DNA of 64,000 nt from Cytophagaceae bacterium (GTDB lineage Bacteria; Bacteroidota; Bacteroidia; Cytophagales; Flexibacteraceae): contig JAIYDB010000019.1 in NCBI GenBank assembly GCA_027487695.1, positions 15,372 through 79,371 of the forward strand, in the 5' to 3' direction. A program made the translations under genes and the position numbers. This document shows positions 1 to 9,497 of the stretch, piece by piece. Under the pieces are notes generated by a model. That model saw nothing but the letters and a program-made list of their open reading frames with translations. It was not told where the DNA came from and did no database searches. Numbering within the stretch: the stretch's first letter is position 1; each line of letters opens with the position of its first letter.

Positions 1-563
1 GGCTTATTGAATACCAAGAAGGTCAGCCAATGGACTATAACGAAAATACCTTTAGCAGTAACCTGACAAGTTTAATGGGCTTCTATGCCAATATTTTATT
101 GGGTTTAGACTACGACAGTTTTAGTAAGCAAGGAGGTACCAAGTATTTTCAGAAAGCGCAAATGGTAGCCCAAGCAGCCGGTAGTTCAGGCAGAGGAGGC
201 AAGGGCTGGCAAACCAATGAAGGTTCCCAAAACAGAGCTGTGCTTTTAGAAAATCTGTTAAGCACCCAAATGAGTGCCTTTAGAGATGGCTTTTATACCT
301 ATCATAGACTAGGGCTTGATTTGCTTTCATCTAAGCCAGAGGAATCTAGAAAGAGTGCCTTGGTGCTTGTTAATAAGATGAAAGAAGTAGTTACCCAAAG
401 AGCTTACTGGCTATGGCTCAATATATTTATGGATGCTAAAGCCACAGAGCTCATCAATGTTTTTAAGGATGCAACCCCAGAAGAAAAACAGTCTGCCTAT
501 AATACCCTTATTCAGGTAGATCCTACAAAAGCCGATAAATACCAGGCGATTATTAAACAGTAA
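1..563 (+). CDS. DUF4835 family protein (T9SS PorD-like), 3' part; frame open to window edge
   Basis: No stop in frame from nt 3. Motifs FYANILLGLDYDSF, GKGW and YHRLGLD match DUF4835 as I remember the family. Confidence 0.65.
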   Translation, partial: LIEYQEGQPMDYNENTFSSNLTSLMGFYANILLGLDYDSFSKQGGTKYFQKAQMVAQAAGSSGRGGKGWQTNEGSQNRAVLLENLLSTQMSAFRDGFYTYHRLGLDLLSSKPEESRKSALVLVNKMKEVVTQRAYWLWLNIFMDAKATELINVFKDATPEEKQSAYNTLIQVDPTKADKYQAIIKQ

Positions 564-590
564 AACATTAAGGTACTTTTTTAGGTAATC

Positions 591-615
591 AGATAAGTAT
601 TGTAGCTACTTATCT
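591..615 (+). promoter_or_regulatory. Perfect 9-bp inverted repeat AGATAAGTA-N7-TACTTATCT abutting the photolyase ATG
   Basis: Read directly. The right arm ends at 615 and the start codon is at 616. There is no T-run after it, so it is not a classic terminator. Confidence 0.35.
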
Positions 616-2154
616 ATGTCAAAATCTTTACGTTTAATCCTCGGCGACCAACTCAATCACCAGCATTCTTGGTTTCAGCAAGTTGACCCTAATATAGGTT
701 ATGTGCTGATGGAAATCAGGTCAGAGACCGATTACGTAACCCATCATATTCAGAAGGTTTGTGCATTTTTTTGTGCTATGCGAGCTTTTGCTCAGCATCT
801 GAAAGACTTAGGACATACGGTTCATTACTTCCAATTAGATCAGGCAAACAATACCCATAGCTTTAAAGGCAATATTCAGTTGCTAGTTAAAGAGTTTGTC
901 TACACCCAAATTGCCTACCAAGAACCAGATGAGTATAGACTAGATCAAGAACTAGCTAAACTTGGTTCCGAGTTGGGTTTACCAACTGAAATGGTGGGTA
1001 GCGAGCATTACTATACATCAAGACAAGAACTTGCCCAATTCTTTAAAGGCAAGAAAACCTTTTTGTTGGAAAGCTTTTACCGTGCTATGCGTAAAAAGCA
1101 CAATGTGCTAATGCAGGTCAACAACGAGCCAGTAGGCGATAAATGGAACTTCGATGCGGATAACCGCAAGCCTTATGATAATAAAGTACCAGTACCTCCA
1201 ATCCCAAACTTTGCAATTGATTGCACGGAAATAGTACAAATGCTTGAAAAGGATGGTGTAAAAACAATGGGCAGTATTCCAGACAACCTGCTCCCCCACC
1301 CTATTACCAGAGCGCAAAGTTTAAAACTGCTCAACTTATTTGTAACTGAGTTTTTGCCTTGGTTTGGCAAATACGAAGATGCTATGGATACCCGTTTTAA
1401 GCAGTTATTTCATAGTAGATTTAGCTTTGCAATGAATGTGAAACTGCTCTCACCAATGGAGGTTATTGAAGCAGTTGTGCGTGCTTATGAATGCCAAACT
1501 ATCCAAATACCCTTGGAAAGTGTAGAAGGCTTTATCAGACAAATTTTAGGTTGGAGAGAGTATATGCGGGGTATTTATTGGTTACAAATGCCTGAATACG
1601 CTACCCTTAATTTCCTAGAACATAAAAGACCATTACCTTCTTGGTTTTGGACTGGTGAAACCAAAATGAATTGCCTAAAGCATAGTATTGGTCAGTCGTT
1701 AGATATGGCGTATGCGCACCATATACAACGCTTAATGATCATTGGTAACTTTGCTTTGCTTTATGGTGCCCATCCTGATGAGGTTGATGCATGGTACCTT
1801 GGCGTTTATATAGATGCTATTGAATGGGTAGAAATTACCAATACCCGAGGTATGAGTCAGTATGCTGATGGGGGTATTGTAGGTTCTAAGCCTTATGTAA
1901 GCAGTGCAAATTATATCCAAAAAATGAGCAACTATTGTAAAGGTTGCTATTACAATGCCAAAGAAAAAGTAGGAGAAAATGCTTGTCCCTTCAATAGTTT
2001 GTATTGGCACTTCTATGACCGCCATCAAGATAAGCTCGCCAAAAACCCAAGAATTGGAATGGCTTATGTAACTCTAAACAAAATGAACCCTACTGATAGA
2101 GAAGCTATTATGAAACAGGCTGAAAAGTATATTGCTGGAGTGGAGGGGTTGTAA
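616..2154 (+). CDS. Cryptochrome/photolyase family protein, FeS-BCP / (6-4) photolyase (PhrB/CryB-like)
   Basis: 512 aa. Four Cys at residues 353, 441, 444 and 457 (C-x2-C-x12-C plus one upstream Cys), spaced as in the [4Fe-4S] ligands of PhrB. C-terminal FAD-binding-like region. Confidence 0.8.
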   Translation: MSKSLRLILGDQLNHQHSWFQQVDPNIGYVLMEIRSETDYVTHHIQKVCAFFCAMRAFAQHLKDLGHTVHYFQLDQANNTHSFKGNIQLLVKEFVYTQIAYQEPDEYRLDQELAKLGSELGLPTEMVGSEHYYTSRQELAQFFKGKKTFLLESFYRAMRKKHNVLMQVNNEPVGDKWNFDADNRKPYDNKVPVPPIPNFAIDCTEIVQMLEKDGVKTMGSIPDNLLPHPITRAQSLKLLNLFVTEFLPWFGKYEDAMDTRFKQLFHSRFSFAMNVKLLSPMEVIEAVVRAYECQTIQIPLESVEGFIRQILGWREYMRGIYWLQMPEYATLNFLEHKRPLPSWFWTGETKMNCLKHSIGQSLDMAYAHHIQRLMIIGNFALLYGAHPDEVDAWYLGVYIDAIEWVEITNTRGMSQYADGGIVGSKPYVSSANYIQKMSNYCKGCYYNAKEKVGENACPFNSLYWHFYDRHQDKLAKNPRIGMAYVTLNKMNPTDREAIMKQAEKYIAGVEGL

Positions 2155-2164
2155 ATTAAAAAAA

Positions 2165-2188
2165 TCCCACACGTAAAGACCTGTGGGA
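2165..2188 (-). terminator. Rho-independent terminator of obg
   Basis: 7-bp stem TCCCACA/TGTGGGA followed on the minus strand by TTTTTTT (2158-2164). Confidence 0.6.
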
Positions 2189-2214
2189 AAGTGTTATCAT
2201 TGTTTCTTTATCCT

Positions 2215-3228
2215 TTACTCCATCACTGGCTTATTAGCCCTAGTAATAGAAGTATATAGTAAGTCCTTTAACTCATCTATATTCATATAGCTTGCCGCTG
2301 ATATAAAGATTGTTGGCACAGGAACTAGCAATTTCTTCTTCAACTTTGTTAGTTCCTTTGGTTCTAATAAGTCGCACTTAGAAATAGCTAATACTTTATC
2401 CTTATGCAGTAACTCTGGGTTAAAGGCTTCTAATTCGCTTAATAGAATTTGATATTCCGTAGCTATATCTTCTGAATCGGCAGGGACCATAAACATCAAG
2501 ATTGAGTTACGTTCTATATGGCGTAAAAATCTTAATCCTAGTCCTTTACCTTCAGAGGCGCCTTCTATAATTCCTGGTATATCGGCAATTACAAAGCTTT
2601 TAAAGTCTTTATATTTTACCACCCCTAGGTTAGGGACAATCGTTGTAAAAGGATAATCGGCTATTTCAGGCTTCGCAGCTGAAACCACTGAAAGCAAGGT
2701 GCTTTTCCCTGCATTAGGGAAGCCTACTAGACCAACGTCGGCCAATACTTTCATTTCAAGGATAATCCACTCATCAATACCTTCACCTCCTGGTTGGGTA
2801 TAATCAGGTGCTTGGTTGGTTGCCGTTTTAAATGCGTCGTTTCCTAAGCCTCCTCTTCCGCCTGGGGTAAGGATAAATTCCTGCCCGTGAACAGTGATTT
2901 CTCCTCTTAGTTCACCTGTTTCTGCATCTCTAGCTATTGTACCTAAAGGCACATCTACATAAACATCTTTACCGTCGGCACCAGTCATTCGGTTTTTGCT
3001 GCCGTTTTCGCCTTTATCGGCAATTACGTGTTTGGTATATTTTAAATGGAGTAATGTCCACATTTGGGCATTGCCACGCAATATGATATGACCACCTCTA
3101 CCGCCATTTCCGCCATCTGGACCACCAAGTGGTACATACTTCTCCTTTTTGAAGTGTCTGCAACCGGCACCGCCGTGACCACTTCTACAACATATTTTTA
3201 CGTAATCAATGAAATTGCTCGATGCCAA
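2215..3228 (-). CDS. obg: GTPase Obg/CgtA
   Basis: Gly-rich Obg fold GGPDGGNGGRGGHI, G1 GFPNAGKST, G3 DIPG, G4 SKCD. The start is forced to TTG (in-frame stop at 3241-3243, no ATG). Confidence 0.95.
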   Translation of the reverse strand: MASSNFIDYVKICCRSGHGGAGCRHFKKEKYVPLGGPDGGNGGRGGHIILRGNAQMWTLLHLKYTKHVIADKGENGSKNRMTGADGKDVYVDVPLGTIARDAETGELRGEITVHGQEFILTPGGRGGLGNDAFKTATNQAPDYTQPGGEGIDEWIILEMKVLADVGLVGFPNAGKSTLLSVVSAAKPEIADYPFTTIVPNLGVVKYKDFKSFVIADIPGIIEGASEGKGLGLRFLRHIERNSILMFMVPADSEDIATEYQILLSELEAFNPELLHKDKVLAISKCDLLEPKELTKLKKKLLVPVPTIFISAASYMNIDELKDLLYTSITRANKPVME

Positions 3229-3251
3229 AATGCTAATTGTTTAATTTTACT

Positions 3252-4004
3252 TTACTTCTTTTCGATAATTGCCCTTGCTTTGGCGTATTTCACTATAGGA
3301 TAAAACGCTGAACAAATTGACCATACAAAGCCTGGGAAACCATCTTTAACAAAACCTTTAATGAGGTAGTACTGCCAAAAACTGATACCAAAACGAAAGT
3401 ACAAATATAAGCCCGATTTTCGCTTTCCTTGCTTTGCTAATTCTTTAGCTGCTAATGAGGTGTATTGGTTAAACTTTTCGAAGTAATGGTGAAGGTCTCT
3501 ATAACTGTAATGCAGTAAGGCACCATTTAACCAATCAGCTTCTCCTTCAATCTCCACATCTTCGTGGACAGGTTTATTATTGAAGTTGCCCTTTTGCTTA
3601 TTGAATAAGCGCAGGTACTTTTTCTTTTCTTCTCCACCGCCCCGCATTTGTTTGCCTAAAAAGACAAAGGTACGAGGAAGATAAAAGCCATTTACAGAAG
3701 GTTCATTCTTGAATTTCTCCTGAATTTCAGACTGTAAATCACTACTTAGCACCTCATCAGCATCAATTACTAATACCCAATCATTGGTAGCTTGTGAAAC
3801 GGCAAACTGCTTTTGCGCACCAAATCCCTCAAATCGATGTTGAATTACCTTGGCGCCTGCTTCTTCGGAAACCTTAACAGTATCATCAGTACTGAAAGAA
3901 TCAATCACAAAAATTTCAGCACAAATAGGTTGTAAGCTTTTAATACAGCTTACAATCCTATCGGCTTCGTTTTTGGCAATAATAATTCCGCTAATGGGTA
4001 CCAC
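3252..4004 (-). CDS. Glycosyltransferase family 2 protein
   Basis: GT-A motifs IIIAKNEADRI, IDSFSTDDT and VIDADEV. GTG start directly abutting the hemE stop. Confidence 0.8.
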   Translation of the reverse strand: MVPISGIIIAKNEADRIVSCIKSLQPICAEIFVIDSFSTDDTVKVSEEAGAKVIQHRFEGFGAQKQFAVSQATNDWVLVIDADEVLSSDLQSEIQEKFKNEPSVNGFYLPRTFVFLGKQMRGGGEEKKKYLRLFNKQKGNFNNKPVHEDVEIEGEADWLNGALLHYSYRDLHHYFEKFNQYTSLAAKELAKQGKRKSGLYLYFRFGISFWQYYLIKGFVKDGFPGFVWSICSAFYPIVKYAKARAIIEKK

Positions 4005-5051
4005 TTATTTGCTTTGTGCTACTTTTTCGGCACTGTAAGTTTTTACGGTATCAATAAAAATACGGACCGCATCAGGATTAATATCAGGATATACACCATG
4101 GCCTAAATTAGCGATGTGCTTACCTATCCCAAAGCTATCAATCATTGCTTTAGTTTGCTTTACAATTTGCTGAGGTTCAGCATATAAAACACAAGGGTCA
4201 AGATTGCCTTGCAAAGTATGGTTAGGTAATACTTTACGAGCATCGGCTGCACTCATATTCCAGTCTAACCCAATGGTTCTGCAATTTAAATTAGCCATTT
4301 CAGGCAATGCAAAGAAAGCGCCTTTAGCAAAAACGGTTACTGGCACTTCGGTAATAGCATCACAAATCTGACTGATATAGGCTAAGCTAAATTCAGAATA
4401 AGCCTCTGGCGAAAGTACACCTGCCCAGCTATCGAATAATTGCAGAATATCTACACCAGCAGTTATCTGCATTTTAAGATAGTTAATGGTGCTATCTGTA
4501 ATCTTCTGTAATAATTGGTGTGCCAATACTGGCTCACGATATAGCATAGCCTTAGCTTTACTAAAAGTCTTGGAACCACTACCTTCTACCATATAAGCAA
4601 AGATGGTAAACGGAGCTCCCGCAAATCCTATCAAAGGAACGCGACCATTTAACTCACGCTTAGTAATTCTTAGTGCTTCTGCTACGTACCCAAGTTCTTC
4701 TTCACCTTGGGCAATATGTAGTTTATCAATATCAGCTGCCGATTGAATAGTATTAGGAAATTGCGGACCCTTTTTTTCTTCCATTACATAAGGCAATCCC
4801 ATTGCTTCTGGAATTACCAAGATATCAGAAAAAATAATGGCAGCATCAACGCATAATAAGTCAACGGGTTGTATGGTTACTTCAGCCGCTAATTCTGGGT
4901 TGGTTACCAGCTGAATAAAACTACCTGCTTTTTCACGGGTAGCCCTGTATTCTTTTAAGATTCTACCTGCTTGGCGCATAAGCCAAACTGGTGTACGTTC
5001 TGTATATTCGCCTTTCGCTGCCCTAAGCAGCAAATCATTCTGGAGTTGCAT
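4005..5051 (-). CDS. hemE: Uroporphyrinogen decarboxylase
   Basis: 348 aa with URO-D signature [10 protein letters not shown] and typical length. Confidence 0.93.
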   Translation of the reverse strand: MQLQNDLLLRAAKGEYTERTPVWLMRQAGRILKEYRATREKAGSFIQLVTNPELAAEVTIQPVDLLCVDAAIIFSDILVIPEAMGLPYVMEEKKGPQFPNTIQSAADIDKLHIAQGEEELGYVAEALRITKRELNGRVPLIGFAGAPFTIFAYMVEGSGSKTFSKAKAMLYREPVLAHQLLQKITDSTINYLKMQITAGVDILQLFDSWAGVLSPEAYSEFSLAYISQICDAITEVPVTVFAKGAFFALPEMANLNCRTIGLDWNMSAADARKVLPNHTLQGNLDPCVLYAEPQQIVKQTKAMIDSFGIGKHIANLGHGVYPDINPDAVRIFIDTVKTYSAEKVAQSK

Positions 5052-5131
5052 GGTGCAAAGTTACACAATGCTTGTTTGCTATTTCACTTTCTATTCCATA
5101 GCTTTAATCCCTTTTGAATAAAAATGTGCTT

Positions 5132-5605
5132 ATGAAGGTTTTCCAGTTTAGTTATCCTGTTTATGCTAAGGCCGATTTACCAAGTCATTTATTGAACCTG
5201 GTCCTGGAAGCTGAGGCGATAAGTGCCAATGCCTATGCCCCTTACAGTAATTTTAATGTGGGTGCAGCTTTACTTTTAGGTAACGGTACAATAGTTACAG
5301 GTGCTAACCAAGAAAATGCCGCATACCCTAGCGGGATTTGTGCAGAACGAACTGCCATTTATTATGCAGGTGCTCAGCATCCGAAAGAGCAAATTTTAGC
5401 CATAGCATTTGCCGCTAAACGGTCTGGAGAGAATAATTTTTTGGCTGTTGCACCTTGCGGTGCTTGCCGACAAGCAATTTTAGAATACGAAAGCAAACAA
5501 GAACTTTCAATAATGCAAGTAATACCGCTAGGAGATGATAACTTTGCGGTAGTACCGTCAATAGCCAATTTGCTGCCCTTTTCGTTCGATAAGGATAGTT
5601 TATAA
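5132..5605 (+). CDS. cdd: Cytidine deaminase
   Basis: Zinc motifs CAERTA and PCGACRQ. Start moved from TTG 5114 to ATG 5132. Confidence 0.88.
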   Translation: MKVFQFSYPVYAKADLPSHLLNLVLEAEAISANAYAPYSNFNVGAALLLGNGTIVTGANQENAAYPSGICAERTAIYYAGAQHPKEQILAIAFAAKRSGENNFLAVAPCGACRQAILEYESKQELSIMQVIPLGDDNFAVVPSIANLLPFSFDKDSL

Positions 5606-5629
5606 CATAAAACAATTGTAGCCTCTTTT

Positions 5630-8539
5630 ATGGCTGATTATAATTTCCGTGCCATTGAAAAAAAATGGCAAGACAAGTGGGCAGAAACCAATGCCTACAA
5701 AGTTTCTTTAGATACTTCAAAGCCTAAATTTTATGTGCTAGATATGTTCCCCTACCCTAGTGGTGCGGGATTGCACGTAGGGCACCCACTAGGTTATATT
5801 GCTAGTGATATTTATAGCCGATTTAAAAAACTGAAAGGCTTTAATGTTTTGCACCCAATGGGGTACGATTCATTCGGTTTACCCGCAGAACAATACGCTA
5901 TCCAAACTGGGCAGCATCCAGTCGTAACTACGGAAGCTAATACCGCTACTTACAGAAAGCAGTTAGATAATATCGGTTTCAGTTTTGATTGGAGCAGAGA
6001 AGTTAGAACTTCAGATCCATCGTATTACAAATGGACCCAGTGGATTTTTGGCTTACTTTTTAATGCTTGGTTCGATAATAAAGAACAAAAGGCAAAGCCA
6101 ATTATTGAATTAGAAGCTTATTTAGATAGCTATGGCTCTCAAGCCTTAGATGCCGCAGCAGATGAAGATGTATCACAAATTACTGCCTCTGATTGGAAAG
6201 CATTTTCCGAGAATGAAAAGGCTATCTATTTAATGAATTACCGCCTTGCCTTCCTAAAAGATACTACTGTGAACTGGTGTCCAGCTTTAGGAACGGTATT
6301 AGCGAACGAAGAAGTAAAAGACGGTGTTTCTGAACGTGGGGGTTACCCTGTTATCAGAAAGAATATGCAGCAATGGTGTTTGCGTATTACTGCCTATTCT
6401 GAAAGACTGCTTTCTGGTTTAGATAATTTGGATTGGTCAGATGCCGTAAAGGAAATGCAGCGCAACTGGATTGGAAAATCGGTTGGTGCAACGGTTCACT
6501 TTCCTGTTCAAAATTCTGAGCAAAATATAACAGTATTCACTACTAGGGTAGATACCATCTTTGGCGTTACCTTCCTTTCTTTGGCTCCTGAATATGAGGA
6601 ATTAGAAAGTCTAGTTACTCCTGAACAAAAAGCAGCAGTAACTGAATATGTAAACAAAGCCAAAAATAGGTCAGAACGTGACCGTATGGCCGATGTTAAG
6701 ACTATTTCAGGAGTATTTACAGGTTCTTATGCCATTAATCCTTTTAGTGGGGAATTAATACCTATATGGATTGCCGATTATGTTTTAGCTGGTTATGGAA
6801 CAGGGGCTGTAATGGCTGTGCCTTGTTCAGATACAAGAGATTATGCCTTTGCTAAGCACTTTAACTTGCCAATTATTCAAGTACAAGAAGGTGCCAATAC
6901 CGATATTTCACAACCAGATTTTGACCCTAAAGCAGGGACAATGATAAACTCTGGTTTCTTGAATGGCTTATCGGTTAAGGAGTCAATCATTACTGCTATT
7001 AACTATGCAGTTGAAAAGAATATCGGTACGGCCAAGGTAAACTTCCGTTTCCGTGATGCGATATTTAGCAGACAACGTTATTGGGGCGAACCATTTCCTA
7101 TCTATTATAAGGATGGGATTCCTCAGTTAATGGATAATGCTAGCTTACCATTAGAACTTCCTGAAGTTGATGCCTTTAAACCGACTGAAACAGGCGAACC
7201 TCCACTAGCAAGAGCACAAAACTGGAATACAGCTGAAGGTAATCCATTTGAAACGAATACCATGCCGGGTTGGGCTGGTAGTAGTTGGTACTTCTTCCGT
7301 TATATGGATGCCCAAAATTCAGAAGCATTCGCAAGTCCTGAAGCCTTGGCTTATTGGAAACAAGTGGACCTATATATAGGTGGTACCGAGCACGCCACTG
7401 GCCACTTACTATATGCTCGTTTCTGGACTAAGTTTCTGTATGACTTAGGATATGTAAATGTAGACGAGCCATTTAAGAAATTAGTAAATCAAGGAATGAT
7501 TCAAGGAGTAAGCGAAAAAGCTACTGCCTTGGTTATTAATTCTGAATACCCTATTGATAGTACGCCTTACAATAGTCGAATGATTTTTGTTTCTGAAGGT
7601 GTTAATCCTGAAGGACTTATTACAGTTCCTCACGCTAAAATTGACATTTCAGTAGATATTAACTTGGTGAATGGTAGTGTTACCATAAACCAAGTTAAGA
7701 AGAGTACTATTGATATTGCTGCACTATGTGCTTGGCGTAAGGAATATGCTGATGCTGCTTTTGTAGTTGAAGGTGGTTATTGGAAGAACAATACCTTTTA
7801 TTCTAACAGTACCGAAGGCTCTGATAAGTTTATTACCTACCAAGTGGTAGAAAAAATGAGTAAGAGCAAATACAACGTGGTTAATCCCGATGAAATTATT
7901 GAGCGCTACGGTGCCGATACTTTCCGTTTGTATGAGATGTTCTTGGGTCCGCTAGAGCAAAGTAAGCCTTGGAATACCAATGGGATTGAAGGAACCTACA
8001 AGTTCTTGCGTAAAGTTTGGCGTCTGTTCTATTCAGATGAAGGCAATTGGTTAGTAACTGACGAAAAGGCCACAGCTGAAGAATTACGTGCCTTACACAA
8101 ACTAATTAAAAAAGTAGGAGAAGATGTAGAGAACCTATCGTTCAATACTTCCGTGCCTGCCTTTATGATGTGCGTAAATGAATTGCAGACCTTAGGTTGC
8201 CATAAGCGTGAAATTTTGGAGCCACTTACCATAGTGCTTGCTTCTTACGCACCACATATTACAGAGGAACTTTGGGAGGCATTGGGCAATAACACCAGTA
8301 TTACTCAAGCTACTTATCCTGAATGGAACCAAGCTTATTTGGAAGAAAGCACCTATGAGTGTCCGGTAAGTATCAACGGAAAGACTAGAGCCAAGCTTAC
8401 CCTACCTCGTAACCTTAGTAACGACGAAGTACAAGCCATTGTACTAGCCGATGAACAGGTCCAAAAATTCTTGGAAGGCAAAGAGGTGAAAAAGATAATT
8501 GTGGTACCTAATAGAATAGTGAATATAGCTATTGGATAA
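5630..8539 (+). CDS. leuS: Leucine--tRNA ligase
   Basis: 969 aa. HIGH region [16 protein letters not shown] and KMSKS ([10 protein letters not shown]). Large insertion before KMSKS, as in Bacteroidota LeuS. Confidence 0.97.
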   Translation: MADYNFRAIEKKWQDKWAETNAYKVSLDTSKPKFYVLDMFPYPSGAGLHVGHPLGYIASDIYSRFKKLKGFNVLHPMGYDSFGLPAEQYAIQTGQHPVVTTEANTATYRKQLDNIGFSFDWSREVRTSDPSYYKWTQWIFGLLFNAWFDNKEQKAKPIIELEAYLDSYGSQALDAAADEDVSQITASDWKAFSENEKAIYLMNYRLAFLKDTTVNWCPALGTVLANEEVKDGVSERGGYPVIRKNMQQWCLRITAYSERLLSGLDNLDWSDAVKEMQRNWIGKSVGATVHFPVQNSEQNITVFTTRVDTIFGVTFLSLAPEYEELESLVTPEQKAAVTEYVNKAKNRSERDRMADVKTISGVFTGSYAINPFSGELIPIWIADYVLAGYGTGAVMAVPCSDTRDYAFAKHFNLPIIQVQEGANTDISQPDFDPKAGTMINSGFLNGLSVKESIITAINYAVEKNIGTAKVNFRFRDAIFSRQRYWGEPFPIYYKDGIPQLMDNASLPLELPEVDAFKPTETGEPPLARAQNWNTAEGNPFETNTMPGWAGSSWYFFRYMDAQNSEAFASPEALAYWKQVDLYIGGTEHATGHLLYARFWTKFLYDLGYVNVDEPFKKLVNQGMIQGVSEKATALVINSEYPIDSTPYNSRMIFVSEGVNPEGLITVPHAKIDISVDINLVNGSVTINQVKKSTIDIAALCAWRKEYADAAFVVEGGYWKNNTFYSNSTEGSDKFITYQVVEKMSKSKYNVVNPDEIIERYGADTFRLYEMFLGPLEQSKPWNTNGIEGTYKFLRKVWRLFYSDEGNWLVTDEKATAEELRALHKLIKKVGEDVENLSFNTSVPAFMMCVNELQTLGCHKREILEPLTIVLASYAPHITEELWEALGNNTSITQATYPEWNQAYLEESTYECPVSINGKTRAKLTLPRNLSNDEVQAIVLADEQVQKFLEGKEVKKIIVVPNRIVNIAIG

Positions 8540-8550
8540 CTAGGGCAATA

Positions 8551-8571
8551 TGTACGGAAAATATCCGTACA
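8551..8571. promoter_or_regulatory. Palindromic operator 1: TGTACGGA-N5-TCCGTACA
   Basis: Perfect 8-bp arms read directly, 68 nt upstream of the antitoxin ATG. It could also act as the leuS 3' hairpin. Confidence 0.5.
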
Positions 8572-8594
8572 AAATTTTAGGTGAAACAATAAAA

Positions 8595-8615
8595 TGTACG
8601 GATAACTTCCGTACA
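8595..8615. promoter_or_regulatory. Palindromic operator 2: TGTACGGA-N5-TCCGTACA
   Basis: Arms are identical to operator 1. Centre-to-centre spacing is 44 bp. The right arm overlaps the TAcaTTTG box. Confidence 0.55.
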
Positions 8616-8619
8616 TTTG
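8612..8619 (+). promoter_or_regulatory. Bacteroidota -7 promoter box TAcaTTTG for the TA operon
   Basis: Matches the TAnnTTTG consensus and lies 20 nt upstream of ATG 8639. Confidence 0.4.
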
Positions 8620-8638
8620 TTTTGTAATAGCAATAGTT

Positions 8639-8926
8639 ATGGCAAACACAGAACCAAAAGCTCGTATTGATTTAAGACTTCCAGTTGCTCAAAAGGAACT
8701 ATTTGAGCGTGCGGCAATGCTTGGAGGTTACAGAAACCTCACTGATTTTATCTTAGCATCACTTCAAAAAAATGCAGAAAGGGTTGTTGAAGAGAAAAAT
8801 ACAATGGTTTTAACAGATAATGACGCTAAAATTTTCTTTGAGGCATTATCTAATCCGCCTGCTCCCACTGCTTATGCCTTAGAAGCAGTAAAACTATTTA
8901 ATGATTATTTGGCTGCTGAAGAATAA
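8639..8926 (+). CDS. DUF1778 (TacA-like, RHH) type II antitoxin
   Basis: 95 aa. Start of the sequence (ARIDLRLPVAQKELFERAAMLGG) is typical of DUF1778. Its stop overlaps the toxin start (TAATG). Confidence 0.8.
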   Translation: MANTEPKARIDLRLPVAQKELFERAAMLGGYRNLTDFILASLQKNAERVVEEKNTMVLTDNDAKIFFEALSNPPAPTAYALEAVKLFNDYLAAEE

Positions 8927-9429
8927 TGCTAATTACTGAAGAGCTAAGTAAGTTTCATGATAGGATGTCCTTTTTTTGTGGGGTTCCAAGTTTAGATGGA
9001 TATCTAAAACAACAGGTTAACCAAGATATTTCTAGGTTTTTAACCAAGTGTTTTGTTTTGCCTGTAAGGAATTCAAACACTATAAAGGGATATTATACAT
9101 TAAGTACATTTTCAATAGAATATAAAGATATCCCAGAAGAGCATAGGGCTAAACTACCAAAATCATATTCGAAATTACCTTGTGTACTCCTGGGAAGATT
9201 AGCGATTGACTCAGATTTTAAAGGAAAGGGAATTGGTAAAGTCTTAATGATTGATGCTATTAAAAGGTCAATCGGAATATCTAAAACTGTTGGTTTATAC
9301 GCGATTGTAGTTGAACCTTTAGATGAAAACGTAAAATTATTCTACCAAAGGTTTGGATTTAAAAATGTAGAAAATTCTGATAGGATGTACCTACTTGTTA
9401 AGACTGCTATTAAGTTTTTCATTAATTAA
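8926..9429 (+). CDS. GNAT family N-acetyltransferase toxin (TacT-like)
   Basis: 167 aa. Acetyl-CoA motif GRLAIDSDFKGKGIGKVLM and pairing with a DUF1778 gene. Confidence 0.8.
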   Translation: MLITEELSKFHDRMSFFCGVPSLDGYLKQQVNQDISRFLTKCFVLPVRNSNTIKGYYTLSTFSIEYKDIPEEHRAKLPKSYSKLPCVLLGRLAIDSDFKGKGIGKVLMIDAIKRSIGISKTVGLYAIVVEPLDENVKLFYQRFGFKNVENSDRMYLLVKTAIKFFIN

Positions 9430-9451
9430 AGTGACTTACCCCAAAACAAAA

Positions 9452-9475
9452 AACAGCCACCTCTCAGTGGCTGTT
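9452..9475 (-). terminator. Terminator of the cas6-like gene (possibly bidirectional)
   Basis: 8-bp stem ACAGCCAC/GTGGCTGT with a 6-nt loop. The minus strand continues TTTTGTTTTGG. Confidence 0.6.
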
Positions 9476-9497
9476 CCCATTATACTTCAATCCTAAA

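Noticed and set aside
5056-5063. TAacTTTG promoter box (minus strand) for hemE
   Set aside because: It is a perfect motif match but lies only 4 nt from the hemE ATG. This would require a leaderless or truncated transcript, so it is not reported as a feature.
8540-9497. TA module as a mobile island
   Set aside because: I saw no flanking direct repeats, integrase or transposase, and only a slightly lower GC by eye. It is treated as a simple accessory insertion.
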